Shown here in pieces: positions 9,498 to 17,656 of a stretch of 64,000 nucleotides of DNA. Source of the DNA: Candidatus Gastranaerophilales bacterium. Its GTDB lineage: Bacteria; Cyanobacteriota; Vampirovibrionia; Gastranaerophilales; Gastranaerophilaceae. Position numbers and translations under genes: made by a program. The stretch covers positions 3,906 through 67,905 of the forward strand of contig CALUPV010000006.1 in the NCBI GenBank assembly GCA_944322745.1, given 5' to 3'. The notes beneath the pieces were generated by a model. The model was not told where the DNA came from and did no database searches. It saw nothing but the letters and a program-made list of their open reading frames with translations. Every line of letters begins with the position of its first letter. Position 1 is the first letter of the stretch.

Positions 9498-10142
9498 ATG
9501 TATAACGTGTTAATCGTAGAGGATCACGCATTAATAAGATTTGGATTAAAAACAGCATTTGAATCTAAAAATTTTATAGATGAAATTTTTGAAGCTTCAT
9601 CAGGAGAAGATGCAATTAATATGGTAAAGAGTCATAATATTGATGCAGTAATTATGGACTTAGGATTGCCATCAATGAACGGAATTGAAGCAACAAAAGC
9701 AATAAAAGCTATAAACAATCAAATAAAAGTTATTATATTAACCTCTCATAATTCAGAAGAAGAAGTATTGGATTCTATAAAAGCTGGGGCAAATGCATAT
9801 TGTTCAAAAGATATAAATCCTGATAGACTTGCAGATACTGTATTATCTGTAATAGAAGGTGCTGCTTGGTTTGACCCCAAAATTTCCGGAGTTGTTTTAA
9901 CTGCTTTATCATCAAAAACACAAAGGCAATATTATAATTTTGATGAAGATTATAATCTTACAGATAGAGAAAAAGAAGTTCTTGAATACATATGTGAAGG
10001 GCTGAATAATAGTGAAATATCTAAAATATTAGATGTAAGTGTTAATACTGTTAAAGTACACGTTAGCAGTATTATTCAAAAACTTGGAGTAGAAGATAGA
10101 ACACAAGTAGTTGTGAAAGCCTTTAAACATTTGAAAAAATAG
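9498..10142 (+). CDS. NarL/FixJ-type response regulator (receiver + LuxR HTH)
   Basis: Start taken at ATG 9498 (MYNVLIVEDH). Receiver Asp in VIMDLGLPSMNG. LuxR HTH: LTDREKEVLEYICEGLNNSEISKILDVSVNTVKVHVSSI. Confidence 0.9.
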   Translation: MYNVLIVEDHALIRFGLKTAFESKNFIDEIFEASSGEDAINMVKSHNIDAVIMDLGLPSMNGIEATKAIKAINNQIKVIILTSHNSEEEVLDSIKAGANAYCSKDINPDRLADTVLSVIEGAAWFDPKISGVVLTALSSKTQRQYYNFDEDYNLTDREKEVLEYICEGLNNSEISKILDVSVNTVKVHVSSIIQKLGVEDRTQVVVKAFKHLKK

Positions 10143-10240
10143 TATTTGTTAAAGATGACCAAACCTGATTTCATTAATTAAATGACATTAAATTTTTGCA
10201 AGAGTATAATACAATTATTAGCTTTAAATAAGAGGGGAAT

Positions 10241-10822
10241 ATGTTTTCTGACAATAAAAGAACTATATGTGTATATTGCTCATCAAGTAATAACTTAGAC
10301 GAAAAATTTTATATTTGTTCAAAGGAACTAGGAGAGAAAATCGGACAAAACGGATACAATATGGTCTATGGCGGAACAACCGTAGGTATGATGGGTGTTA
10401 TTGCAAATAATGCAATAAAAAACGGAGCAGAAGTAATTGGTGTTATTCCTGAGCGTATAGCTTCATTCGGACTAAAACACCCTGCTTTGGCAAAAGTTGT
10501 GATTACTAAAGATATGCGTGAAAGAAAAGCTACAATGGAAAAGTACGCAGATATCTTTATATGTGCTCCGGGTGGATTCGGAACTTTCGAAGAAGTATTT
10601 GAAATACTTGTAGCCAAACAATTAGGTTATCATAATAAACCAATTATATTCTTAAACTTAGACGGATATTACGATTATATGATTAAAATGTTTGACGTAG
10701 TTTATAAAGAAAAATTTGCAAAAGAAGAAATGAAATCTTTATATTATATAGCAACATCTGTCGATGATATATTTAACTATGTTAATAACTATAAACCTCA
10801 AGAATATGTTCATAAATGGTAA
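10241..10822 (+). CDS. LOG-family (TIGR00730-type) nucleotide phosphoribohydrolase
   Basis: GGTTVGMMG and PGGFGTFEE motifs are characteristic of LOG / 'lysine decarboxylase-like' proteins. Confidence 0.85.
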   Translation: MFSDNKRTICVYCSSSNNLDEKFYICSKELGEKIGQNGYNMVYGGTTVGMMGVIANNAIKNGAEVIGVIPERIASFGLKHPALAKVVITKDMRERKATMEKYADIFICAPGGFGTFEEVFEILVAKQLGYHNKPIIFLNLDGYYDYMIKMFDVVYKEKFAKEEMKSLYYIATSVDDIFNYVNNYKPQEYVHKW

Positions 10823-11020
10823 TTAAATTTCTTCAAACTTAATATAGAATTCAGATTTTTCACGAACAAAAATTTTATCAGGATATTCTTCACTTTTATA
10901 AAGAATCATAATTTGTCCGTCATTTGAATTCGTAGCATTAATAACGTCATCACGAATTACTTCGTATATATTTTGATTTTTTTTATTTCTAAACTTTTTG
11001 GAAGACATATATATACTCAT
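10823..11020 (-). CDS. Small protein resembling DUF1653 (about 61-65 aa)
   Basis: IYEVI...ATNSNDGQIMILYKSEEYPDKIFVREKSEFYIKF resembles the DUF1653 pattern as I recall it from memory. The 5' end overlaps the methyltransferase 3' end. Confidence 0.45.
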   Translation of the reverse strand: MSIYMSSKKFRNKKNQNIYEVIRDDVINATNSNDGQIMILYKSEEYPDKIFVREKSEFYIKFEEI

Positions 11021-11879
11021 GTTTAAAAATATAGAAACCGCCGTTTAATGCTCTATATCTCCATAGATTAGCAGTTTTACCCTTCGCTCTTTCATTACCT
11101 TCCATATTCTTAACTATAACGGCTTTCATTTTAAAACCTATTTCACGCATTTTAGCTGCGCAATCGGCACCTAAGGGAACTATCTCGCCATTTGCATATT
11201 TATCACCGATTATTAAAGCCGCAAACCTGCCTTTTTCAAGCATATCATAACCATTTTGTGCTACTTTTTTGAACAGATTATAAAATTCTTCAGTATTTGC
11301 ACAATTAGATAAGTCTTCTTTTTTATCTGAAAACTTAATTATATCATCATATGGAGGATGAAGCACTAAAAATTGAGCTTTATCTCTTCTCATTACATCA
11401 AGTCTTGCTTGAATTTTTTCTTTTACTTCTTCATTTGCACTATCTGAACATATTAAATTTATGTCAGTTACAAGCTCTTTTGGAGAAAATTTATTGCTGA
11501 CAATATCCACCTGTTCAGGCTTTAACTCAACACCAATACATCTTCTTTCCATATGCAAGGCCTCAATTGCACTTGTTCCTGAACCTAAGAACATATCAAG
11601 TACAATATCTCCTTTTTTGGTAAATCTTTCATACAATTGTTGGGCAATTTGCGGGATATAATTGCCATGATATTCATTTGAATGTCCGTTAGATTTATCT
11701 CTTGATGCAAATTCCCACCAAGTATCTGTTTTAATATGAGAATAGTCTTTCCAATTATTTAAATCAATATCGCTATATGGTTTTGTTTTAACCTCTTTAA
11801 CAATCCTTAAATCAGGTTTTTGCTCTTGGATTCTAACTTTCTTAGTATTACTTGCTTTTACCATAATTCCCCAAATCAT
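10989..11879 (-). CDS. SAM-dependent methyltransferase with FLGSGT (motif I) and HPPY (motif IV); DNA N6A/N4C or RNA methylase type
   Basis: IVLDMFLGSGTSAIEAL, then about 65 aa later LVLHPPYDD. An alternative start at 11864 (MVKASN) follows GGGGA. No restriction endonuclease candidate is adjacent. Confidence 0.75.
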   Translation of the reverse strand: MIWGIMVKASNTKKVRIQEQKPDLRIVKEVKTKPYSDIDLNNWKDYSHIKTDTWWEFASRDKSNGHSNEYHGNYIPQIAQQLYERFTKKGDIVLDMFLGSGTSAIEALHMERRCIGVELKPEQVDIVSNKFSPKELVTDINLICSDSANEEVKEKIQARLDVMRRDKAQFLVLHPPYDDIIKFSDKKEDLSNCANTEEFYNLFKKVAQNGYDMLEKGRFAALIIGDKYANGEIVPLGADCAAKMREIGFKMKAVIVKNMEGNERAKGKTANLWRYRALNGGFYIFKHEYIYVFQKV

Positions 11880-12092
11880 TACTATATTTATTTGTTTAGT
11901 ATATGAAAAATTGAATATTTACGTATCATATAAATTAATGATTTAAGTACATTATTTGAATTTTTTATTAAAAACCTTAATATATATATAATTCAGGATA
12001 TTTTTAAACAGTAAAAAATACAACATATAAATGATGTCTCATTGTATAAAAAAATATATCGTATTTTACAGGGATAAAGATTAGGGTAAGTA

Positions 12093-13364
12093 ATGACAGC
12101 TTTAAAAACAGAAAATAATAAAAATAAAGGTCAAAAGAATGATTTAGTAAAAAATTATTCTTGGTTTTACTCTAATATATACTTAAAAATTCAAAAGTCG
12201 ATTGATGAATTTTTTCAAAAAGACTTTAAGTTAAGATTCATGGGAATATCGTGTGAAGATAATATATTTTTCTATGGAGATGAATATTTTGTTAATAAAA
12301 TACCAATAACAAAAACATCGTCAATTACAATGAGAATTTCCTCAAGTCTTATATCTTCATTATTAGACAATTCTTTAGGTGTAACTGATAACAAATTCGA
12401 ATTAAAAAAACTTACGGATATTGAAGCAGGTGTAATAAAATCGTTTACTGTATTTGTTTATAAGAATATTGAAGAAATTCTAAATAAAACAGAAGCAAAC
12501 AAAAAACTAACCGAATCAACAAATGATTATAATTTCACCTTTTTTGCAAAATTTAAAAATAATCATACGGGGAAAATAATATTAACAATACCAGATTATA
12601 TACTACCAGAGATTGAATCTGAAAATTTTTCTGAAAAATTTAGTATATCTGATTTTAAAGAAATTCCTGTAGCGTTGACATTGAGTGTAGGTTCAACAAA
12701 ACTTGCATTAAATGAAATTAAAGAAATTGAAGATGGAGATATTATAGTACTCGAAAATAGCGATATTAACAAAATGTCAGTATTATGGGGAAATAATGAA
12801 ATTAAATTCAAAATAACCCCTAATCCATCATTAATAATAAGTATAGATAATAATGGAGACAATGAGATGGAAGAAGAAACAAATGTAAAACCCCAAAATA
12901 TGTGGGATTCAATTCTTGTAGATGTCATTGCTGAATTTGATAATGTTAAACTTACATTAGGGGAATTAAAACAAATTTCAGAAGGACTTGTTATTGATGT
13001 TGGTTCTGTATATGACAACAAAATAAAATTAAGAGTTGAAAATCAAATTGTGGCAACAGGCGAACTTGTAATATTAAATGACCGCTATGGAGTAAGAATA
13101 GATAACGTCAAAAAGACAAAAGAAGAAGCGGCAAAAGTCAAAGAAGTCAAAACAGAAAATGCGACTCCTACTGGAGCAACACCAGAAGCAAAAAAACCGG
13201 CACCAAGACCAATGCCGGCAAGTGCAGCAAAAAGACCTGTAACACCAGGAGCTGTCAAAAGACCGGTAAGACCTAATGCTCCTGCACAAGCAACAGCAAA
13301 ATCGACAGACGGAAACGAAAACTTTGACTATAGTGACTTTGAAATTGAAGATGAAAGTATTTAG
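12093..13364 (+). CDS. Flagellar C-ring switch protein, FliM-like region plus two SpoA/FliN domains plus a Lys/Pro/Ala-rich tail
   Basis: FliM-like: ITMRISSSLISSLLDNSLG...LTDIEAGVIKSF. SpoA1 at about aa 191-247 (IPVALTLSVGSTKLALNEIKEIEDGDIIVL). SpoA2 at about aa 276-339 (VDVIAEFDNVKLTLGELKQISEGLVIDVG...VATGELVILNDRYGVRI). It is the first gene of the fliOPQR operon. Confidence 0.8.
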   Translation: MTALKTENNKNKGQKNDLVKNYSWFYSNIYLKIQKSIDEFFQKDFKLRFMGISCEDNIFFYGDEYFVNKIPITKTSSITMRISSSLISSLLDNSLGVTDNKFELKKLTDIEAGVIKSFTVFVYKNIEEILNKTEANKKLTESTNDYNFTFFAKFKNNHTGKIILTIPDYILPEIESENFSEKFSISDFKEIPVALTLSVGSTKLALNEIKEIEDGDIIVLENSDINKMSVLWGNNEIKFKITPNPSLIISIDNNGDNEMEEETNVKPQNMWDSILVDVIAEFDNVKLTLGELKQISEGLVIDVGSVYDNKIKLRVENQIVATGELVILNDRYGVRIDNVKKTKEEAAKVKEVKTENATPTGATPEAKKPAPRPMPASAAKRPVTPGAVKRPVRPNAPAQATAKSTDGNENFDYSDFEIEDESI

Positions 13365-13372
13365 AGGTAATC

Positions 13373-13726
13373 ATGAATAGTTACTTAATTAATTTCGCGA
13401 TATATACACTTGCAATGATTGGTTTTATTGTAATGGCTTTATTTGTATACAAAAAGTCTACAAACATTAAGCCGGGATCTAAAAACAAAGAATTTTTACA
13501 AGTAGAAAATTCTATTAGATTATCAGCAACAAAAACAATATATGTTATTAAAGCCGGAAATGAAAAATTTCTGATTGCAGGAGATCCCGCAAGTACAACA
13601 ATGTTATCTAAATTAGATGGAAATAAAAACATTGAAAACTATGGAAATGAAACAATAAATAAAAAAGAAAAAGTCACGGAGTTTTCCACACTAAAAGAAC
13701 TAACTCAAAGAATAAACAGAGGTTAA
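13373..13726 (+). CDS. fliO: Flagellar biosynthesis protein FliO
   Basis: Position directly upstream of fliP. Single N-terminal TM, then LQVENSIRLSATKTIYVIKAGNEKFLIAGDPASTTMLSKL, the usual FliO pattern. Confidence 0.6.
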   Translation: MNSYLINFAIYTLAMIGFIVMALFVYKKSTNIKPGSKNKEFLQVENSIRLSATKTIYVIKAGNEKFLIAGDPASTTMLSKLDGNKNIENYGNETINKKEKVTEFSTLKELTQRINRG

Positions 13727-13728
13727 AA

Positions 13729-14370
13729 ATGGATACAATATTACAAGATTTAAGTCCTGTATTACAATTATTAATGGTAATGGCGATTTTTTCGTTTTTA
13801 CCCTTTATGTTTGTCTGTATGACAAGCTTTTTAAGATATGCAATAGTTTTTGGATTTTTGAAACAAGCCTTAGGAGCACAACAAATTCCGCCTGCAATTG
13901 TATTAGTCGGACTTTCAATAATATTGACATTTTATACAATGGGCCCTGTCTTTCAACAAATGTATGAAGTCGGATCAAAACCGTATGAAAAAAATGGTTC
14001 AATTGTGCTTGCAATAAGTGAAGGTTCAAAACCGTTAAAAGAATTTATGTTAAAGCAAACAAGAGAAAAAGATTTAGCATTTTTTGTTCAATTAACAAGA
14101 AAGGAGGCTCCTGCATCCGTTGAAGATGTTACTATTTGGGAAGTTGCACCTGCTTATATATTGAGTGAGTTAAAAACAGCCTTCGAAATAAGTTTTATAA
14201 TATTTGTACCATTTATTGTCTTGGATTTGGTAATTGCTAACGTTTTACTGGCACTAGGTATGTTTATGTTATCGCCTACGATTATTTCTTTACCGTTCAA
14301 ATTGCTAATATTTATAGCTGTTGATGGTTGGAGTTTGATTGTTAACGGTTTAGTCGGAAGTTTCAATTAA
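13729..14370 (+). CDS. fliP: Flagellar export-gate protein FliP
   Basis: SFLRYAIVFGFLKQALGAQQIPP...LTFYTMGPV and 4-TM topology are typical of FliP/SctR. Confidence 0.9.
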   Translation: MDTILQDLSPVLQLLMVMAIFSFLPFMFVCMTSFLRYAIVFGFLKQALGAQQIPPAIVLVGLSIILTFYTMGPVFQQMYEVGSKPYEKNGSIVLAISEGSKPLKEFMLKQTREKDLAFFVQLTRKEAPASVEDVTIWEVAPAYILSELKTAFEISFIIFVPFIVLDLVIANVLLALGMFMLSPTIISLPFKLLIFIAVDGWSLIVNGLVGSFN

Positions 14371-14379
14371 GGATTAAAA

Positions 14380-14877
14380 ATGGAAATATTAATAGAGTTT
14401 TTTGCAAAAGGATTAATGGTAATGTTAATGATAGCAATGCCCTGCGTACTGACAGCAGCTATTGTCGGTTTAATTGTAGGTATTTTGCAAGCAGTAACAC
14501 AAGTACAAGAACAAACAATCGCTGCTGCTCCCAAAATATTTACTGTTTTTCTTGTAATCATTATTCTGGGAACGGGATATTTAAAATTATTAACAAACTT
14601 ATTCAATGAAGGAGCAGTTATTGCTTTTGATGTTGTACCAAAATCAGACAATTATGTTCTGCCATCAGACTATTACAATTATACAAAACCATTTATTGAT
14701 GAAATGAAAACTGATACAAAAAAAGATATGACACCTATGTCTCATATATTAAATAATGCAGCCCAACCTCAAGGAACAGGTCAATCAGATAAATTTAACT
14801 TTTTAAGAAACGGAGCAAAAAACATTCCGACTCCAAATCTTGTTGAAAGAAAGAAAATTATGGAAAACCAAAGATGA
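14380..14877 (+). CDS. fliQ: Flagellar export-gate protein FliQ with a C-terminal extension of about 85 aa
   Basis: The first ~80 aa (MPCVLTAAIVGLIVGILQAVTQVQEQTIAAAPKIFTVFLVII) are FliQ/SctS-like. The ORF continues to 165 aa, and its stop overlaps the next start (ATGA). Confidence 0.85.
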   Translation: MEILIEFFAKGLMVMLMIAMPCVLTAAIVGLIVGILQAVTQVQEQTIAAAPKIFTVFLVIIILGTGYLKLLTNLFNEGAVIAFDVVPKSDNYVLPSDYYNYTKPFIDEMKTDTKKDMTPMSHILNNAAQPQGTGQSDKFNFLRNGAKNIPTPNLVERKKIMENQR

Positions 14878-15248
14878 GAAAAATATATCTATTACTATTA
14901 ATTATTTTTGTAACTTCACAAGCAGGATATTGCTCCTTAGTCAAGAATGACATTAATCTTTTCAATTTAAAAACTAAGAGTATGTATCTGCTAGATGTTG
15001 GTTCGGCAGTAAAAAATATAAACATTTCAAATAAAAATATTGTAAATATTACTCCAATAACATCTATTAATAATGATAAAAAACAATTATTTGTTGAGGC
15101 AAACAATACCGGCATTTGTGATGTTATCTTAACAACAGATATAAATATTTATCAAATAAGATTTATATCCGGTCCTAAATTTCAAGACAATAAAGTCGGA
15201 CTAACAGAAATAGATATCCCAATTAAATATGAAAATGGAAAAATATAA
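14874..15248 (+). CDS. Exported 124-aa protein, possibly a 'pilus formation protein N-terminal' type beta domain
   Basis: Signal peptide MRKIYLLLLIIFVTSQAGYC. LDVGSAVKNINISNKNIVNITPI...LFVEANNTGICDVILTT...YQIRFI resembles the CpaC/RcpC N-terminal domain pattern (from memory, unverified). Translationally coupled on both sides. Confidence 0.6.
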   Translation: MRKIYLLLLIIFVTSQAGYCSLVKNDINLFNLKTKSMYLLDVGSAVKNINISNKNIVNITPITSINNDKKQLFVEANNTGICDVILTTDINIYQIRFISGPKFQDNKVGLTEIDIPIKYENGKI

Positions 15249-16030
15249 TGCTAGACTTAATTGTAAATGAATTTCCTAAAGTGTTTCCTGAAGTTAATAA
15301 CATACTTGCAGGCGGTATTCCTATTTTTGCAAGAGTAGCAGGATTAATCAGAACCGCACCTTTTTTACAAAGAAGTGAAATTCCTATGATTGCAAAAGTA
15401 GGATTTGCACTTATATTTACTATAATGCTTTCTATGTTAATCCGACCTGAAACACCACCACAAGGAGTATCTATCATATATTCTGTCGTAATAAATTTTT
15501 TATGCGGTGCTTTAATAGGATTTATTGTAAACTGTATAGTTAAAGCTGTTGAAAGTGGCGGTGATATGATTAATATGCAACAAGGTGTTTCTTCTGCTAC
15601 AATTATGGATCCTACAACATCTTCTCAGATTTCTATTATGGGTAGAATCTTTAGTATTATTGGTCTGATTATTTTTTTAGAAATAGGAGGCGCCTATTGG
15701 ACTTTTAATGCTTTTATAAGAAGCTTTGAGATTTTTCCCGTATACAGTTCCTTTGTACCACTGGATGAGATAGTTAATATGCCATATTTGGTAAAAATAA
15801 CTTCAAATGTTTTATATATCGGCTTACAAATAGCTTCACCTGTTTTACTTGCAACATTAGGACAAGATATAATCTTAGGTATTATTTCTAAAACAGCTCC
15901 GCAGGTTAATGTTTTCCAAATGAGCTTCTTATTTAAACCCTGTATGGGCGCTGCTATTTTAGTTGTAATTATGCCTTCTTTACTTAATGTTATAAGTGAC
16001 TTTTTTATGTCATTCGCAAATATATTTTAA
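15248..16030 (+). CDS. fliR: Flagellar export-gate protein FliR
   Basis: 260 aa, multi-TM. IFARVAGLIRTAPFL... is a typical FliR/SctT N-terminus. TAATG overlap with the previous ORF. Confidence 0.85.
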   Translation: MLDLIVNEFPKVFPEVNNILAGGIPIFARVAGLIRTAPFLQRSEIPMIAKVGFALIFTIMLSMLIRPETPPQGVSIIYSVVINFLCGALIGFIVNCIVKAVESGGDMINMQQGVSSATIMDPTTSSQISIMGRIFSIIGLIIFLEIGGAYWTFNAFIRSFEIFPVYSSFVPLDEIVNMPYLVKITSNVLYIGLQIASPVLLATLGQDIILGIISKTAPQVNVFQMSFLFKPCMGAAILVVIMPSLLNVISDFFMSFANIF

Positions 16031-16089
16031 TGATAAATAATAATTCTAAATATCAATTGCTTTTATTCAGTATAGTTTGAACGAATATT

Positions 16090-16335
16090 TTATTTAAAAT
16101 AATCGCAAATTAATTCTTTGTTATTATATGTTTTAATTTTTCTGGCAAGCTTTGAAAGGAAAGAGGGTTCTTTGTGCATTAGTTTATCTCTTAATATGGC
16201 CTTTTCAATTAAGAGTCTGTTAAAAGATTCATTTAAAATAGGCTTTTCATCAGTCAGATGAGGCTGTATTGTTTGTAGCCTTAACTTGCACATTCTTATA
16301 GAATTTTTTATTTCTTTTTCTTTACTTTTATTCAT
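16090..16335 (-). CDS. Hypothetical protein (81 aa)
   Basis: Track ORF only. Lys-rich and helical. No family recognised. Confidence 0.4.
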   Translation of the reverse strand: MNKSKEKEIKNSIRMCKLRLQTIQPHLTDEKPILNESFNRLLIEKAILRDKLMHKEPSFLSKLARKIKTYNNKELICDYFK

Positions 16336-16540
16336 GTATTAATCGTCCTAATTGTCTTTTATATGCAGATATTAACCATTGCTTTCTAACAAACTAATAA
16401 TAATAAAATTTTTTATAAATTCATTCCCCCAAAAAGTTTAAAAAAAGAATTCAAATGTAAACTTTTATAGTATTTTTTTAATATTAAATTCAGCTATTTA
16501 TATGTAATCTTTGCTATACTTAGTAAAAAAGGTTGAGAAA

Positions 16541-17602
16541 TTGAAAAATAATAATATAAAAAAAATATTAATAATAAGATTAAGTGCTTTAGGAGATACT
16601 ATACACACACTTCCATTAGCTAATGCTTTGAGAAAAAGATACCCTAATATCCAATTAGACTGGGTTGTTGAAGATAAAGCAGAAAAGTTCATCGTCAATA
16701 ATCCGCTTATAAATAATACCTATATAATTGAACGAAAGAAGTGGAAAAACAATGGTATTATTTATGCTGCTAATGAATTCTTTTCAATAATAAAAAAAAT
16801 TCGTTCTGAAAATTATGATATTGTAATTGATGCCCAGCAGCTTTTTAAAAGTTCAATAATTATGGGATTATCTAAAGGTAAAAGAAAAATTGCGCTGGAT
16901 GGCGGAAGAGAATTCTCTTGGTTTTTCGCTAATGAAATAATTAAAACAAATAGAAAACAATTTGATATAAATTATCACGTAGTTAAAAGAAATCTTGAAA
17001 TTGCAAAATATCTTAATTGTCAAGATATAGAAACTGAATTTATAATACCGGATTTTAATGATGAATATTCAAAAAATATAATAAATATAATAAAGAATCT
17101 GGACACGTCAAAAAAGACTATACTTATAGCACCCGCTACAACATGGAATAATAAGCATTGGACTATTGAAGGATGGGTAGATCTTATAAAAGAGTTTAAA
17201 GAATCTTGCAATATAATTATAACCGCAACCGAAAAAGAACAAATTCTTACAAATAGAATATTAGAAAAAGTTTCAGGTAAAAATATAATTAACTTAGCAG
17301 GAATGACAACACTGTCTGATATTGTATATATATGTAAAAATGTTGATTTGGTTATAAGTCCTGATTCGGGCAGTGCCCATATAGCTTGGTCAACATCTCA
17401 CCCCAAAATAATAACACTATTTTTCGCAACTTCCAAAGAAAGAACCGCTCCATATGGAGAAAAATATTTTTCAATTCAATCAAAAGCAGAATGTTCCCCC
17501 TGTATGAAAAAACATTGCAAGCTAAAAAACAATAAAAATAAATGCATACAAGAAATTTCCTCAGAAGAAATAATAAATATTGTAAAAAAGGTCTTACAAT
17601 AA
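16541..17602 (+). CDS. GT9 family LPS heptosyltransferase
   Basis: KKILIIRLSALGDTIHTLPLANALRK is the classic GT9 N-terminus. There is no ATG near the 5' end, so the start is taken at TTG 16541 after AAGGTTGAG (track start TTG 16511). Confidence 0.8.
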   Translation: MKNNNIKKILIIRLSALGDTIHTLPLANALRKRYPNIQLDWVVEDKAEKFIVNNPLINNTYIIERKKWKNNGIIYAANEFFSIIKKIRSENYDIVIDAQQLFKSSIIMGLSKGKRKIALDGGREFSWFFANEIIKTNRKQFDINYHVVKRNLEIAKYLNCQDIETEFIIPDFNDEYSKNIINIIKNLDTSKKTILIAPATTWNNKHWTIEGWVDLIKEFKESCNIIITATEKEQILTNRILEKVSGKNIINLAGMTTLSDIVYICKNVDLVISPDSGSAHIAWSTSHPKIITLFFATSKERTAPYGEKYFSIQSKAECSPCMKKHCKLKNNKNKCIQEISSEEIINIVKKVLQ

Positions 17603-17656
17603 TCTGAAAAAGGGTATATAATACATATACTTGACATAATATCTTGGAACGAAATT

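Noticed and set aside
11880-12092. Looked for a sigma-28 (TAAA-N15-GCCGATAA) promoter upstream of the flagellar operon.
   Set aside because: No acceptable match was found by eye. The region is simply AT-rich with many TATAAT-like hexamers, so I make no promoter call.
13074-13289. 71-aa Cys/Phe/Arg-rich ORF on the minus strand (MCRSIRSYRSFDSSWCYRSFCC...).
   Set aside because: It lies exactly antisense to the locally GC-richer segment encoding the Pro/Ala/Lys tail of the FliM/N-like gene. This is a shadow ORF produced by that codon composition.
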